Positions 48,696 through 57,638 of a stretch of DNA of 64,000 nucleotides are shown one piece after another; the first letter of the stretch is position 1; each line of letters starts with the position of its first letter. The notes below the pieces were generated by a model that saw nothing but the letters and a program-made list of their open reading frames with translations, did no database searches and had not been told where the DNA came from. The stretch is from an uncultured Gemmatimonadales bacterium (GTDB lineage Bacteria; Gemmatimonadota; Gemmatimonadetes; Palauibacterales; Palauibacteraceae): positions 192,001 to 256,000 of the forward strand of contig CAWANJ010000002.1 in NCBI GenBank assembly GCA_963783385.1, read 5' to 3'. The translations under genes and the position numbers were made by a program.

Positions 48696-49121
48696 ATGCC
48701 CCTTCTTCAACGTAGAGAGCGGGTCTCGGACGAGATCCCGACGGCCTCACTGGCCGACATCGCGTTCCTGCTCCTCATCTTCTTCCTGACCACGACGGTC
48801 TTCAACGAGGAGCGGGGCCTGCCGATCGTCCTGCCGGAGAAGTCCAAGGAGCAGGCCGTCGCCGCCAAGAACATCATCTTCTTCCTGGTGCAGGCGGACG
48901 GGCGGGTGGTGGTGAAGCGCGGCCAGAGCGAAGAGACGCAGACCGTCACGGCGGAGCAGGTGTCGGGCATCATGCGCCAGGAGCTGGCTGCCAACCCGAA
49001 CATCATCGCGGCCATCAAGACGGACCCCAAGGCGCCCTACCGGGATATGATACACGTGCTGGACGGGGTGAAAGACGCCGGAGCGGACAGGATCTCCCTC
49101 CAGATGCTGGGTGAGGACTAG
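48696..49121 (+). CDS. exbD: ExbD/TolR protein
   Basis: IPTASLADIAFLLLIFF transmembrane motif. Confidence 0.88.
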   Translation: MPLLQRRERVSDEIPTASLADIAFLLLIFFLTTTVFNEERGLPIVLPEKSKEQAVAAKNIIFFLVQADGRVVVKRGQSEETQTVTAEQVSGIMRQELAANPNIIAAIKTDPKAPYRDMIHVLDGVKDAGADRISLQMLGED

Positions 49122-49124
49122 GTT

Positions 49125-49577
49125 ATGGGGCTCAGGGGCGGGCAAGGCGGCTTCAGCCGGAAGTCGAGGGCCAGCAGCGAGATTCCGACCTCCTCGCTGG
49201 CTGACATCGCGTTCCTCCTGCTCATCTTCTTCATGGTGACGACGGTGTTTCGGAAGGAGAAGAAGCGGGAGATCGACTGGCCCAAGGCCCAGGCGACCAA
49301 GAAGGTCGACACGAAGCGCAAGAACATCCTGCACATCTGGCTGACCAGGACGGGCAAAGTCTGGATCAACGACCAGGACGTGCCGTTCGACCAGATCGGC
49401 GACCTCGTGCGGCCGATCTACGCGGAGAACCGGCAGCTGGTGGTCGAGGTCCGGGCCGACCGCGACGTGCCCTACAGCATGGTGAACACGATCACGAAGC
49501 AGCTTCAGGCTGCGGGCGCTGTCCGGGTGGTGTTCGGTACCCGACTGGCCCAGCGAGTCAACAGGCCGAGGAGGTAA
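49125..49577 (+). CDS. exbD: ExbD/TolR protein (second paralog)
   Basis: IPTSSLADIAFLLLIFFMV and RADRDVPY motifs. Confidence 0.88.
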   Translation: MGLRGGQGGFSRKSRASSEIPTSSLADIAFLLLIFFMVTTVFRKEKKREIDWPKAQATKKVDTKRKNILHIWLTRTGKVWINDQDVPFDQIGDLVRPIYAENRQLVVEVRADRDVPYSMVNTITKQLQAAGAVRVVFGTRLAQRVNRPRR

Positions 49578-49579
49578 CC

Positions 49580-50266
49580 ATGGCGGCCGACACGCGGAAC
49601 GACCGGAGGGGCGTGAGCACCACGATGCGCACCGCCAACGACGACTTCAAGCGCAGCTACGCCACGTGGGTCTACATCGGCCTGATCGCCGCGGTGGCCT
49701 TCCACTTCGGTCTGGTGGAGTTCTTCCCCCAGCTCCATGCAGAGAACATGGGCACGGAGAACAAGTCGCTGAAGGCGGTCCAGCTCCCGCCCGAGGTGAA
49801 GATCCCGCCCCCGCCCAAGCAGATCGCGCGGCCGGCGACGCCCAAGGTGGCGGCCGCCAACGTCAAGGAGGACGTCACCATCGCCCCCACGACGTTCGAG
49901 CAGAACCCGGTGGAGCAGCTCCCGCCGCCGCCCAAGGCGGGGAGCCCGTCGGACCGGCCGTCATTCATCCCGCGTGACGTGGACCCCAAGCTCGAGAACC
50001 CGGGTGAGATCCAGCGGCTTCTCCAGCGGCTGTATCCGCCGTCCCTCAAGGATGTCGGGATCGGCGGCCGGGTCGTGCTGTGGCTGTGGGTGGACGACAA
50101 GGGCCAGGTCGGCAAGACCGTGGTCCAGGAGTCCAGCGGCTACGACGCGCTGGACCAGGCCGCGGCCAAGGTGGCGGTGAACATGAAGTTCAAGGCGGCC
50201 ATCAACCGCGACAAGCCGATCGGCGTGTGGATCGCCCAGCCCATCACCTTCGAGGTGAAGCGGTAG
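49580..50266 (+). CDS. tonB: Energy transducer TonB
   Basis: TM segment with conserved His, Pro-rich linker and YPP..G.V....VD..G.V..SSG..LDQAA C-terminal domain. Confidence 0.9.
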   Translation: MAADTRNDRRGVSTTMRTANDDFKRSYATWVYIGLIAAVAFHFGLVEFFPQLHAENMGTENKSLKAVQLPPEVKIPPPPKQIARPATPKVAAANVKEDVTIAPTTFEQNPVEQLPPPPKAGSPSDRPSFIPRDVDPKLENPGEIQRLLQRLYPPSLKDVGIGGRVVLWLWVDDKGQVGKTVVQESSGYDALDQAAAKVAVNMKFKAAINRDKPIGVWIAQPITFEVKR

Positions 50267-50295
50267 CGGCACGCCGGGTGCTCGGCCGACGGTCA

Positions 50296-50334
50296 GCGAG
50301 AGCCGCCCGGGTGGACCGGGCGGCTCTCGCGTTT
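50296..50334 (+). terminator. Hairpin/terminator after tonB
   Basis: Perfect 15-bp stem GCGAGAGCCGCCCGG/CCGGGCGGCTCTCGC with a short GTTT tail. Confidence 0.65.
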
Positions 50335-50342
50335 CGGGGGTC

Positions 50343-51065
50343 ATGACCGCCCGGGCTGCGTCCATCTCCGACCGTCTCGAACAGCTGCGGGAGCGGATCG
50401 CAGCCGCCGCGGACCGGGCCGGACGCCCGGCCGACGGTGTCGAGATCGTGGCGGTGACCAAGGGGCATCCCGCAGAGGCTCTGAGTGCCGTGGCGGCGGC
50501 GGGCCTGCGCTGCGTGGGCGAGAACCGCGTCGGCGAGGCGGAGGCCAAGCAGGAGCGCCTGGGCCGCCTGGGACTGTGCTGGCACATGATCGGTCACCTG
50601 CAGCGTAACAAGGTCGAGCGCGCCGTGGCGATGTTCGACGAGCTCGAGTCGCTGGACTCGGAGCGACTCGCGGAGAAGCTCCAGCGCGAGCTGGTGGCCG
50701 CGGGACGCGACGGGTTCCCGGTGCTCGTCCAGGTCAACACGTCCGGCGAGGCCTCCAAGGGCGGCTTCGAAGCCAGTGATCCGTCCGAGGCCGCGCGGAT
50801 GATCGAGGCCGTCCAACGAGTCTGCGAGCTCCCGGCACTCCACGTGCGGGGATTGATGACCATGGCACCGCTCACCGGGGACGCCTCCGTGGTGCGGGCC
50901 ACCTTCCGGCGAGCCCGGGAGCTGTTCGAGCGCTGCGGGCGGGACGTGGACGGGTTCGAGCCGACGGTCCTGTCCATGGGAATGAGCAACGATTTCGAGA
51001 TCGCGGTGGAGGAGGGCAGCACCCGGCTCCGGCTGGGTACGGCCCTGGTCGGAGAGAGGCCATGA
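50343..51065 (+). CDS. yggS: PLP homeostasis protein YggS
   Basis: VAVTKGH, GENRV, WHMIGHLQRNK and LSMGMSNDF..A.EEGST motifs. Confidence 0.95.
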   Translation: MTARAASISDRLEQLRERIAAAADRAGRPADGVEIVAVTKGHPAEALSAVAAAGLRCVGENRVGEAEAKQERLGRLGLCWHMIGHLQRNKVERAVAMFDELESLDSERLAEKLQRELVAAGRDGFPVLVQVNTSGEASKGGFEASDPSEAARMIEAVQRVCELPALHVRGLMTMAPLTGDASVVRATFRRARELFERCGRDVDGFEPTVLSMGMSNDFEIAVEEGSTRLRLGTALVGERP

Positions 51066-51631
51066 TCGAGCTGTCCCCGCTGGACGTACGCAAGAAGAAG
51101 GAAGACTTTCGCCGCGCCATGCGGGGCTACGATCCCGAGCAGGTGGACGCCTTCCTGGAGCTGGCCGCCGAGCGGCTGGGAGCCCTGCTGGCCGAGGAGC
51201 GGAGCCTGCGCGAGCGGATCGGCGTTCTCGAGGAGAAGCTCGGTCGATTCGAGGAGCGGGAGAAGGCCCTCAACGACGCGCTGCTGGCGGCCCAGGAGCT
51301 GCGCGAGGAGGCGCGCTCCCAGGCCGAGCGCGAAGCGGACCTCCGCATACAGGAGGCGGAGGCGCGGGCGGAGCAGATCGTCCAGGAGGCGCGCGAGGAG
51401 GAGCGGTCCGCCGAGCGCCGGCTGGAGGACCTGAGGATCCGCCGCGAGCGCTTCCTGCGCTCCTTCCGGGACACGCTGGAGCGCTTCCTCGAGGAGCTCG
51501 AGGCCGAGCAGGCCCGCCTGCGGGCCGACCCGGACCGCGAGCCGTCCGCGCGGTCCGTGCCCGAGCATCGGGATCCGCCCGCCATCCGGCTGGAGGGATC
51601 GGGCGGCCCGCCGGCCGGCGAGGGGTCGTGA
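51062..51631 (+). CDS. divIVA: DivIVA domain protein
   Basis: LSPLDVR..FRRAMRGYDPEQVDAFL followed by a coiled coil. Confidence 0.88.
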   Translation: MIELSPLDVRKKKEDFRRAMRGYDPEQVDAFLELAAERLGALLAEERSLRERIGVLEEKLGRFEEREKALNDALLAAQELREEARSQAEREADLRIQEAEARAEQIVQEAREEERSAERRLEDLRIRRERFLRSFRDTLERFLEELEAEQARLRADPDREPSARSVPEHRDPPAIRLEGSGGPPAGEGS

Positions 51632-52458
51632 CCAGGGAGGTCCCCGACTACCGCGACGTCCGCGTCGCAACCGAGACGGTGCGTCCGCTCCTGGGGGCGG
51701 CGCCCGAGGTCGCGGTCATCCTGGGGACGGGACTCGGGGGGCTCGGCGCGGCTATCGAAGACGCGGGCTCCATCCCCTACTCGGAGATCCCGGGCTTCCC
51801 GGAGTCGACCGTGGAGTCCCACGCCGGGCGGCTCCTGCACGGCGTTCTCGAGGGGCACCCCGTCGTGGCCATGGACGGCCGCTTCCACATGTACGAGGGC
51901 TACACGCCGCAGCAGATCGGCCTGCCGGTGCGGGTGATGGCCGAGCTGGGCGCCCGCACGCTGGTCGTATCCAACGCGTGCGGGGGCATGAACCCGCTGT
52001 GGAATCCCGGGGAGCTGATGCTCCTGGCCGACCACATCAACCTCATGTGGGGGAACCCCCTGGTCGGGCCCAACCTCGACGAGCAGGGCCCGCGCTTTCC
52101 CGACATGTCCCGGGTCTACGACGAGGAGCTGCGTGCCCTGGCGCGCGAGGAAGCCCTGCGCATGGGCCTCGTCCTGCGCGAGGGCGTGTACGTGGCCGTC
52201 ACGGGCCCTAACCTCGAGACCGCCGCGGAATACCGCATGCTGCGCCTCCTGGGCGCGGACGTGGTCGGCATGTCGACCGTCCCGGAGGTCATCGTCGCCC
52301 GGCAGGTCGGCATGCGGGTCCTCGGCGTGTCCATCATCACCGACGCGTGCCTGCCCGACGCCCTCGAGCCGGCGGACGTGGAGACGATCATCGCCACGGC
52401 CGGCGCGGCCGAGCCCGACCTCACGCGCCTCCTGCGCGCGGTCCTGCGCAGGGTCTGA
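51628..52458 (+). CDS. punA: Purine nucleoside phosphorylase (trimeric type)
   Basis: ILGTGLG, HAGRL, GRFHMYEG, GPNLETAAE and VGMSTVPE motifs. Confidence 0.92.
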   Translation: MTREVPDYRDVRVATETVRPLLGAAPEVAVILGTGLGGLGAAIEDAGSIPYSEIPGFPESTVESHAGRLLHGVLEGHPVVAMDGRFHMYEGYTPQQIGLPVRVMAELGARTLVVSNACGGMNPLWNPGELMLLADHINLMWGNPLVGPNLDEQGPRFPDMSRVYDEELRALAREEALRMGLVLREGVYVAVTGPNLETAAEYRMLRLLGADVVGMSTVPEVIVARQVGMRVLGVSIITDACLPDALEPADVETIIATAGAAEPDLTRLLRAVLRRV

Positions 52459-52460
52459 TC

Positions 52461-55400
52461 GTGGGCTATCCGGAGCTTCCCGGGAGCGTGACCGAGCTGG
52501 AGGAGGGCGTCCTCGCCCGGTGGGAGGAGGAGGACCTCTTCCACCGTAGCCTCGAGGCCCGCCGGGGCAGTCCCGAGTACGTGTTCTTCGAGGGTCCTCC
52601 CACGGCCAACGGACGTCCGGGTGTCCACCACATCCTGGCGCGCACCATCAAGGACCTCGCGGGTCGCCACCGGACCATGACCGGCCACCACGTGCTCCGG
52701 AAGGCCGGGTGGGACACGCACGGGCTCCCCGTCGAGATCGAGGCGGAGCGCCAGCTCGGCATTTCCGGGAAGCCCGAGATCGAGGAGTTCGGCATCGCCG
52801 AGTTCAACCGGGTGTGCCGGGAGAACCTGTTCACCTACAAGGACGAGTGGGAGCGCCTCTCCCGGCGGATCGGCTACTGGCTGGACTACGACGATCCCTA
52901 CATCACCTGCTCCCCGGAGTACATTGAGTCGGCGTGGTGGGCCCTGTCCGAGATCGACCGCAAGGGGCTCCTGTACAAGGGCTACAAGGTGCTGCCCTAC
53001 TGCCCGCGCTGCGGCACCGGACTGTCCAGCCACGAGGTGGCCCAGGGCTACGAGGAGGTCGAGGACACGGCGGTGTTCGTGGCTTTCCCCCTGGTGGACG
53101 ATGCGGACGGCGCCTCGGTGCTGGGGTGGACGACCACGCCGTGGACGCTGCCGGGCAACGTGGCCCTGGCCATCCATCCCGACGTGGAGTACGTCCGGGT
53201 CCGGGTGACCGGGCGCTCGGACGGCGCGCTCGCCGAGGAGGGCGACGTCCTCATCCTGGCGCGCGATCGCATGGAGCCGGTCCTGCGGAACGAGGTCCGC
53301 GTGCTGGACGCCTTCCCCGGCTCGGCGCTGGTCGGACGGCGGTACGAGCCGCCGTTCCGGGGCGCGGTCGACGCCGGGGACAGCGAGGCCGCCTGGACCG
53401 TGCTGCCGGCCGACTTCGTCACGGTGGACGAGGGAACCGGGGTCGTACACACGGCCGTCATGTACGGCGAGGACGACTTCGACCTCGGCACGCGGGCGGG
53501 GCTCCCCCGGCAGCACACGGTCGGGCCGGACGGACGTTTCCTGGCCTCCGTGCCCGCCGGCCTGGCGGGGCTCGGGGTCAACGAGTCCGACACCGAAGCC
53601 CGCATCCTGGATCACCTCCGGGAGGTGGGAGCCCTCTACAGGTCCGAGCGCTACCGCCACAGCTACCCCCACTGCTGGCGCTGCGACAGCAAGCTGCTCT
53701 ACATGGCGCGCGATTCGTGGTACATCCGCACCACGGCGCTGACCGAGCGGCTGCTGGAGAACAACGCGTCGGTGGACTGGCACCCTCCCGAGATCGGTAC
53801 CGGACGTATGGGCGAGTGGCTCAAGGGCAACGTGGACTGGGCCCTGTCTCGCGACCGGTACTGGGGCACGCCGCTCCCGGTGTGGGAGTGCGACGCGGAG
53901 CCGGAGCACCGCGAGGTGATCGGCTCGTTCGAGCAGCTCGCGGAGCGTGCCGGAGGCCTCCCCGAGGACTTCGATCCGCATCGCCCCCAGATCGACGAGC
54001 CGTGCTGGGGGTGCCGCGAGCCGGGCTGCCCGGGCACCATGCGGCGCGTCCCGCAGGTGCTGGATGCCTGGTTCGACTCGGGCTCCATGCCCTACGCGCA
54101 GTGGCACTGGCCGTTCGAGAACGACGAGGCCTTCCGGCGGCACTTCCCGGCCGATTTCATCGCCGAGGGCGTGGACCAGACGCGGGGCTGGTTCTACTCG
54201 ATGCTGGCCCTGTCCACCATCCTGTTCGACGGGCCGGCCTACCGGGCGGTGGTGGTCAACGACCTCGTGCTCGACGCCGAGGGGCAGAAGATGTCCAAGT
54301 CCCGGGGAAACGCGGTGGACCCGTGGGAGGCCATCTCGCGCCACGGGGCCGACGCGATCCGCTGGTACCTGCTCTCGTCGAGCAATCCATGGCTCCCCAA
54401 GCGGTGGGATCCAGACGGGATCGACGAGGTGGGGCGGAAGTTCTTCGACACCCTGCGGAACACGTATCGCTTTTTCGCCCTGTACGCGAACCTGGAGGGC
54501 TGGAGCCACGCGGCCGGGGAGGCGCGTCCGGCCGCCGAGCGGGCTGCCATCGACCGCTGGCTCCTGTCCCGGCTGGACGGTCTCGTGGAGGGCGTGGGGC
54601 GCGACCTGGAGGCGTACGACCCCACGCCCGCGGCGCGGCGGCTGTCCGAGTTCGTGGTGGACGAGCTCTCCAACTGGTACGTGCGGCGCACGCGTCCCCG
54701 CTTCTGGGCCACCCGGCGCACCCGGGAGTCGGACGCCAGCGCCCGAGACGCCTACGCCACCCTGCACGAGGCCCTGGCCACCAGCGCCCGGCTGCTGGCG
54801 CCGATCTCCCCCTTCCTGTCGGATTGGCTGCACCGGGGTCTACACGGAGATTCCGTCCACCTGGCGGAATTCCCGCGCTCGCTCGGCCGGAGGGACCTGG
54901 AGCTGGAGCGGGGGATGCACGACGTGCGGGAGCTGGCCGCCCTGGGCCGTGCGGCGCGCGAGAAGGCGGGCATCCGCGTGCGTCAGCCGCTTCGTTCGGT
55001 CCGGGTCGTGGTTCCCGACGGGAGGCGGATCCCCGCCGAGCTCCTGCGGCACCTCGAGGAGGAGCTCAACGTCAAACACGTTGACTTCATTGACGATCAG
55101 GATGATATTATAAGGCTAATCGTCAAACCGGACTACGCGGCGCTCGGGCCGCGCTTCGGCTCCAGCACGCCGGCGGTCGCCGGGGCGATCGAGGCGCTGG
55201 AGGCACCCGACGCGCGGCGGCTGCGGGCCGGAAAGGCCGTCTCCGTCGAGGTCGACGGGGAGCGGGTCGAGATCGCGCCCTCCGAGGTCCGGATCCTGGA
55301 ACAGACCGGGGACGATCTGACCGTCGGGAACGCGGCGGGGTATTTGACGGCCCTCGATCCGTTCCTGGACGACGAGCTTCGTCGCGAGGGACTGGCCCGA

Positions 55401-55682
55401 GAGCTGGTGAGCCGTGTTCAGCGGCTGCGACGGGACGCGGGACTCGCCGTGGAGGACCGGATCGCTCTCGCCCTGGCGGGCGATGCGGCGGTCCAGGAGG
55501 CGGCGTCGGCCCACGAGGGGGAGATCGCCGGCGAGACGCTGGCCGTCGAGCTCCGGGTGGGCGACGCGGCGACGGACGCACTGGAGCATCGAAGAGAGCT
55601 GGACGTGGACGGCCACCGGGTCCTGATCGGACTCGAGCGAGCCAGCGACCGGGACCTGGCATTGGAAGCGGGACACGCCTAG
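52461..55682 (+). CDS. ileS: Isoleucyl-tRNA synthetase, type 2 (GxHH variant)
   Basis: EGPPTANG, GWDTHGLP, WTTTPWTLP, YPHCWR, KMSKS and the IleRS2 C-terminus EGLARELVSRVQ; no C-terminal Zn finger. Confidence 0.97.
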   Translation: MGYPELPGSVTELEEGVLARWEEEDLFHRSLEARRGSPEYVFFEGPPTANGRPGVHHILARTIKDLAGRHRTMTGHHVLRKAGWDTHGLPVEIEAERQLGISGKPEIEEFGIAEFNRVCRENLFTYKDEWERLSRRIGYWLDYDDPYITCSPEYIESAWWALSEIDRKGLLYKGYKVLPYCPRCGTGLSSHEVAQGYEEVEDTAVFVAFPLVDDADGASVLGWTTTPWTLPGNVALAIHPDVEYVRVRVTGRSDGALAEEGDVLILARDRMEPVLRNEVRVLDAFPGSALVGRRYEPPFRGAVDAGDSEAAWTVLPADFVTVDEGTGVVHTAVMYGEDDFDLGTRAGLPRQHTVGPDGRFLASVPAGLAGLGVNESDTEARILDHLREVGALYRSERYRHSYPHCWRCDSKLLYMARDSWYIRTTALTERLLENNASVDWHPPEIGTGRMGEWLKGNVDWALSRDRYWGTPLPVWECDAEPEHREVIGSFEQLAERAGGLPEDFDPHRPQIDEPCWGCREPGCPGTMRRVPQVLDAWFDSGSMPYAQWHWPFENDEAFRRHFPADFIAEGVDQTRGWFYSMLALSTILFDGPAYRAVVVNDLVLDAEGQKMSKSRGNAVDPWEAISRHGADAIRWYLLSSSNPWLPKRWDPDGIDEVGRKFFDTLRNTYRFFALYANLEGWSHAAGEARPAAERAAIDRWLLSRLDGLVEGVGRDLEAYDPTPAARRLSEFVVDELSNWYVRRTRPRFWATRRTRESDASARDAYATLHEALATSARLLAPISPFLSDWLHRGLHGDSVHLAEFPRSLGRRDLELERGMHDVRELAALGRAAREKAGIRVRQPLRSVRVVVPDGRRIPAELLRHLEEELNVKHVDFIDDQDDIIRLIVKPDYAALGPRFGSSTPAVAGAIEALEAPDARRLRAGKAVSVEVDGERVEIAPSEVRILEQTGDDLTVGNAAGYLTALDPFLDDELRREGLARELVSRVQRLRRDAGLAVEDRIALALAGDAAVQEAASAHEGEIAGETLAVELRVGDAATDALEHRRELDVDGHRVLIGLERASDRDLALEAGHA

Positions 55683-55696
55683 AGCGTGCAGGAGCT

Positions 55697-56080
55697 ATGA
55701 AGAAGAAGGAAATCAAGCACTTCGAGGAACGACTGCTCGAAGAGAGGGCCCGGGTGCTGAAGCAGCTGGGCTTCTACGACAAGTCGTTCTCCGATACTCC
55801 GCAGGGCTCGGACGGGGACCTGTCGGCCTACAGCTTCCACATGGCCGACCAGGGCACCGACGCGATGGAGCGGGAGAAGGCGTTCCTGTTCGCGAGCAAG
55901 GAGGGGCGATTCCTGTACCACATCGACCAGGCGCTCAGGCGGCTCTACCAGACGCCCGAGCAGTTCGGCGTGTGCCAGGAGTGCGGCGAACCGATCTCCT
56001 TCGAGCGGCTGGATGCGCTGCCGCACACGCGGCTGTGCGTTCGCTGCAAAGAGGAGGAAGAGAGCGGTGCCGCCCGCTGA
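55697..56080 (+). CDS. dksA: DksA/TraR C4 zinc-finger protein
   Basis: Coiled coil with HMADQGTD and CQECGEPI..RL.ALP...LCVRC. Confidence 0.85.
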   Translation: MKKKEIKHFEERLLEERARVLKQLGFYDKSFSDTPQGSDGDLSAYSFHMADQGTDAMEREKAFLFASKEGRFLYHIDQALRRLYQTPEQFGVCQECGEPISFERLDALPHTRLCVRCKEEEESGAAR

Positions 56081-56105
56081 GGGGGCGTCGTCCCTGACGG
56101 TCCCC

Positions 56106-56621
56106 ATGGGCGAGACTCGGCTCAACAAGGCGTGGCTCCTCGCGACCACCATGACGCTGGTGGTCGCGGCGGACCTGGTCACCAAGGCCTGGATCCGCTC
56201 CCACATGACCCTGTACCAGTCGATCCCCGTGCTGGGGGATTACTTTCGCCTCACGTACACGCAGAATCCCGGGGCGGCGTTCGGGATCGACGTCGGCTCC
56301 CACTCGAGGTTCGTGTTCCTCGGGCTCTCCCTCGGCGCCCTCCTGGTGCTCGCGTACCTGTACGTCGTGACGCCCGTGCGGGATCGACTGAGACTGTGCG
56401 CGGTGGCGCTCGTGTCGTCCGGGGCCGTCGGCAACATCATCGACCGCGTGCGCTTCTCGCGCGGCGTGGTCGACTTCCTGGATGTCGGGCTCGGGTCCCA
56501 CCGCTGGCCCGTGTTCAACGTGGCCGATATGGCCGTGAGCACGGGGGCGGTCCTCCTCCTCCTCTCCTTCTACCTGGAGGAGCGACGTGAGTCCGGGGAC
56601 GGAGGAAACGGGCAGGCCTGA
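56106..56621 (+). CDS. lspA: Lipoprotein signal peptidase II
   Basis: DLVTK, NPGAAFG, GAVGNIIDR, VVDF and FNVAD motifs. Confidence 0.96.
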   Translation: MGETRLNKAWLLATTMTLVVAADLVTKAWIRSHMTLYQSIPVLGDYFRLTYTQNPGAAFGIDVGSHSRFVFLGLSLGALLVLAYLYVVTPVRDRLRLCAVALVSSGAVGNIIDRVRFSRGVVDFLDVGLGSHRWPVFNVADMAVSTGAVLLLLSFYLEERRESGDGGNGQA

Positions 56622-57591
56622 CCGGGCCGAGCCGCCGGCTCCCCGCCGCGAGCGGCTCGTCGTCGAGGCCTCGTCCGACCAGCGGCTGGACCGCTGGCTC
56701 GCCGATCGACTCGGGCTGAGCCGGACGCAGGCCGCCTCCCTGATCGTCGCGGAGGCCGTGCGCGTCAACGGGGCGCCGGTCGCCAAGAGCCATCGACCGC
56801 GGGCCGGCGAGGTGGTCGAGGCGGAGATCCCCGCTCCCGAGCCGGTCACCCTCGAGCCCGAGGATCTCCCGGTCCGCATCGTCCACCAGGACGAGCACCT
56901 CGTCGTGGTCGACAAGCCCGCGGGCATGGTGGTCCACCCGGCTCCGGGGCATCCCCGCGGGACGCTGGTGAACGCGCTGCTGGCCCGGGTGGGATCCCTC
57001 TCCTCGGTGGGGCTGCCGTACCGGCCCGGCATAGTCCACCGGCTCGACAAGGACACGAGCGGCCTCCTCGTCGTGGCGCGGACCGACGAGTCACACCGGG
57101 TGCTGGCCCGCGACCTGGCGCGGCGCAGGGTGAAACGCGGCTACCTGGCGGCCTCGTGGGGGCATCTCGACTCGGAGGAGCGCACCATCGACCTGCCCCT
57201 GGGTCGCGACCCGCGGGACCGGAAGCGGCGGGCGGTCGTGGAGGGCGGACGACCTGCCCTCACGCACGTGCGCAGGCTCGAGCGCTGGACTTCGGCCGAC
57301 CTCGTGGCCATCAAGCTCGAGACCGGAAGGACCCACCAGATCCGGGTGCACTTCAAGGCGGTGGGCCACCCCATCGTCGGAGATCCCCTGTACGCGCCCG
57401 GCTGGGAGCGCGGCTTCGTGGGCGCGGGCGGACGGTGGGCCGAAGAGCTGGCCGACCGGACGGGCCGCATGTTCCTACACGCGGCCCGGCTCGCCTTCCG
57501 GCATCCGATCAGCGGGGAGGCGCTCTCCTTCACCTCGACCCTGCCGGAGCCTCTCCTGTCGGCCTGTCGATGGGCCCGCGAGACCAGCTGA
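56587..57591 (+). CDS. rluD: RluA/RluD pseudouridine synthase with S4 domain
   Basis: RLDRWL S4 domain, DKPAGMVVHP, HRLDKDTSG and TGRTHQIRVH motifs. Confidence 0.92.
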   Translation: MSPGTEETGRPDRAEPPAPRRERLVVEASSDQRLDRWLADRLGLSRTQAASLIVAEAVRVNGAPVAKSHRPRAGEVVEAEIPAPEPVTLEPEDLPVRIVHQDEHLVVVDKPAGMVVHPAPGHPRGTLVNALLARVGSLSSVGLPYRPGIVHRLDKDTSGLLVVARTDESHRVLARDLARRRVKRGYLAASWGHLDSEERTIDLPLGRDPRDRKRRAVVEGGRPALTHVRRLERWTSADLVAIKLETGRTHQIRVHFKAVGHPIVGDPLYAPGWERGFVGAGGRWAEELADRTGRMFLHAARLAFRHPISGEALSFTSTLPEPLLSACRWARETS

Positions 57592-57638
57592 AACGGCGCC
57601 GCCGCACCCGTCAGCCGCCGATCCACGGGATCAGCAGG

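Noticed and set aside
55095-55122. Canonical dif site inside ileS
   Set aside because: Poor match to the XerD arm TTATGTTAAAT and no 11-6-11 geometry.
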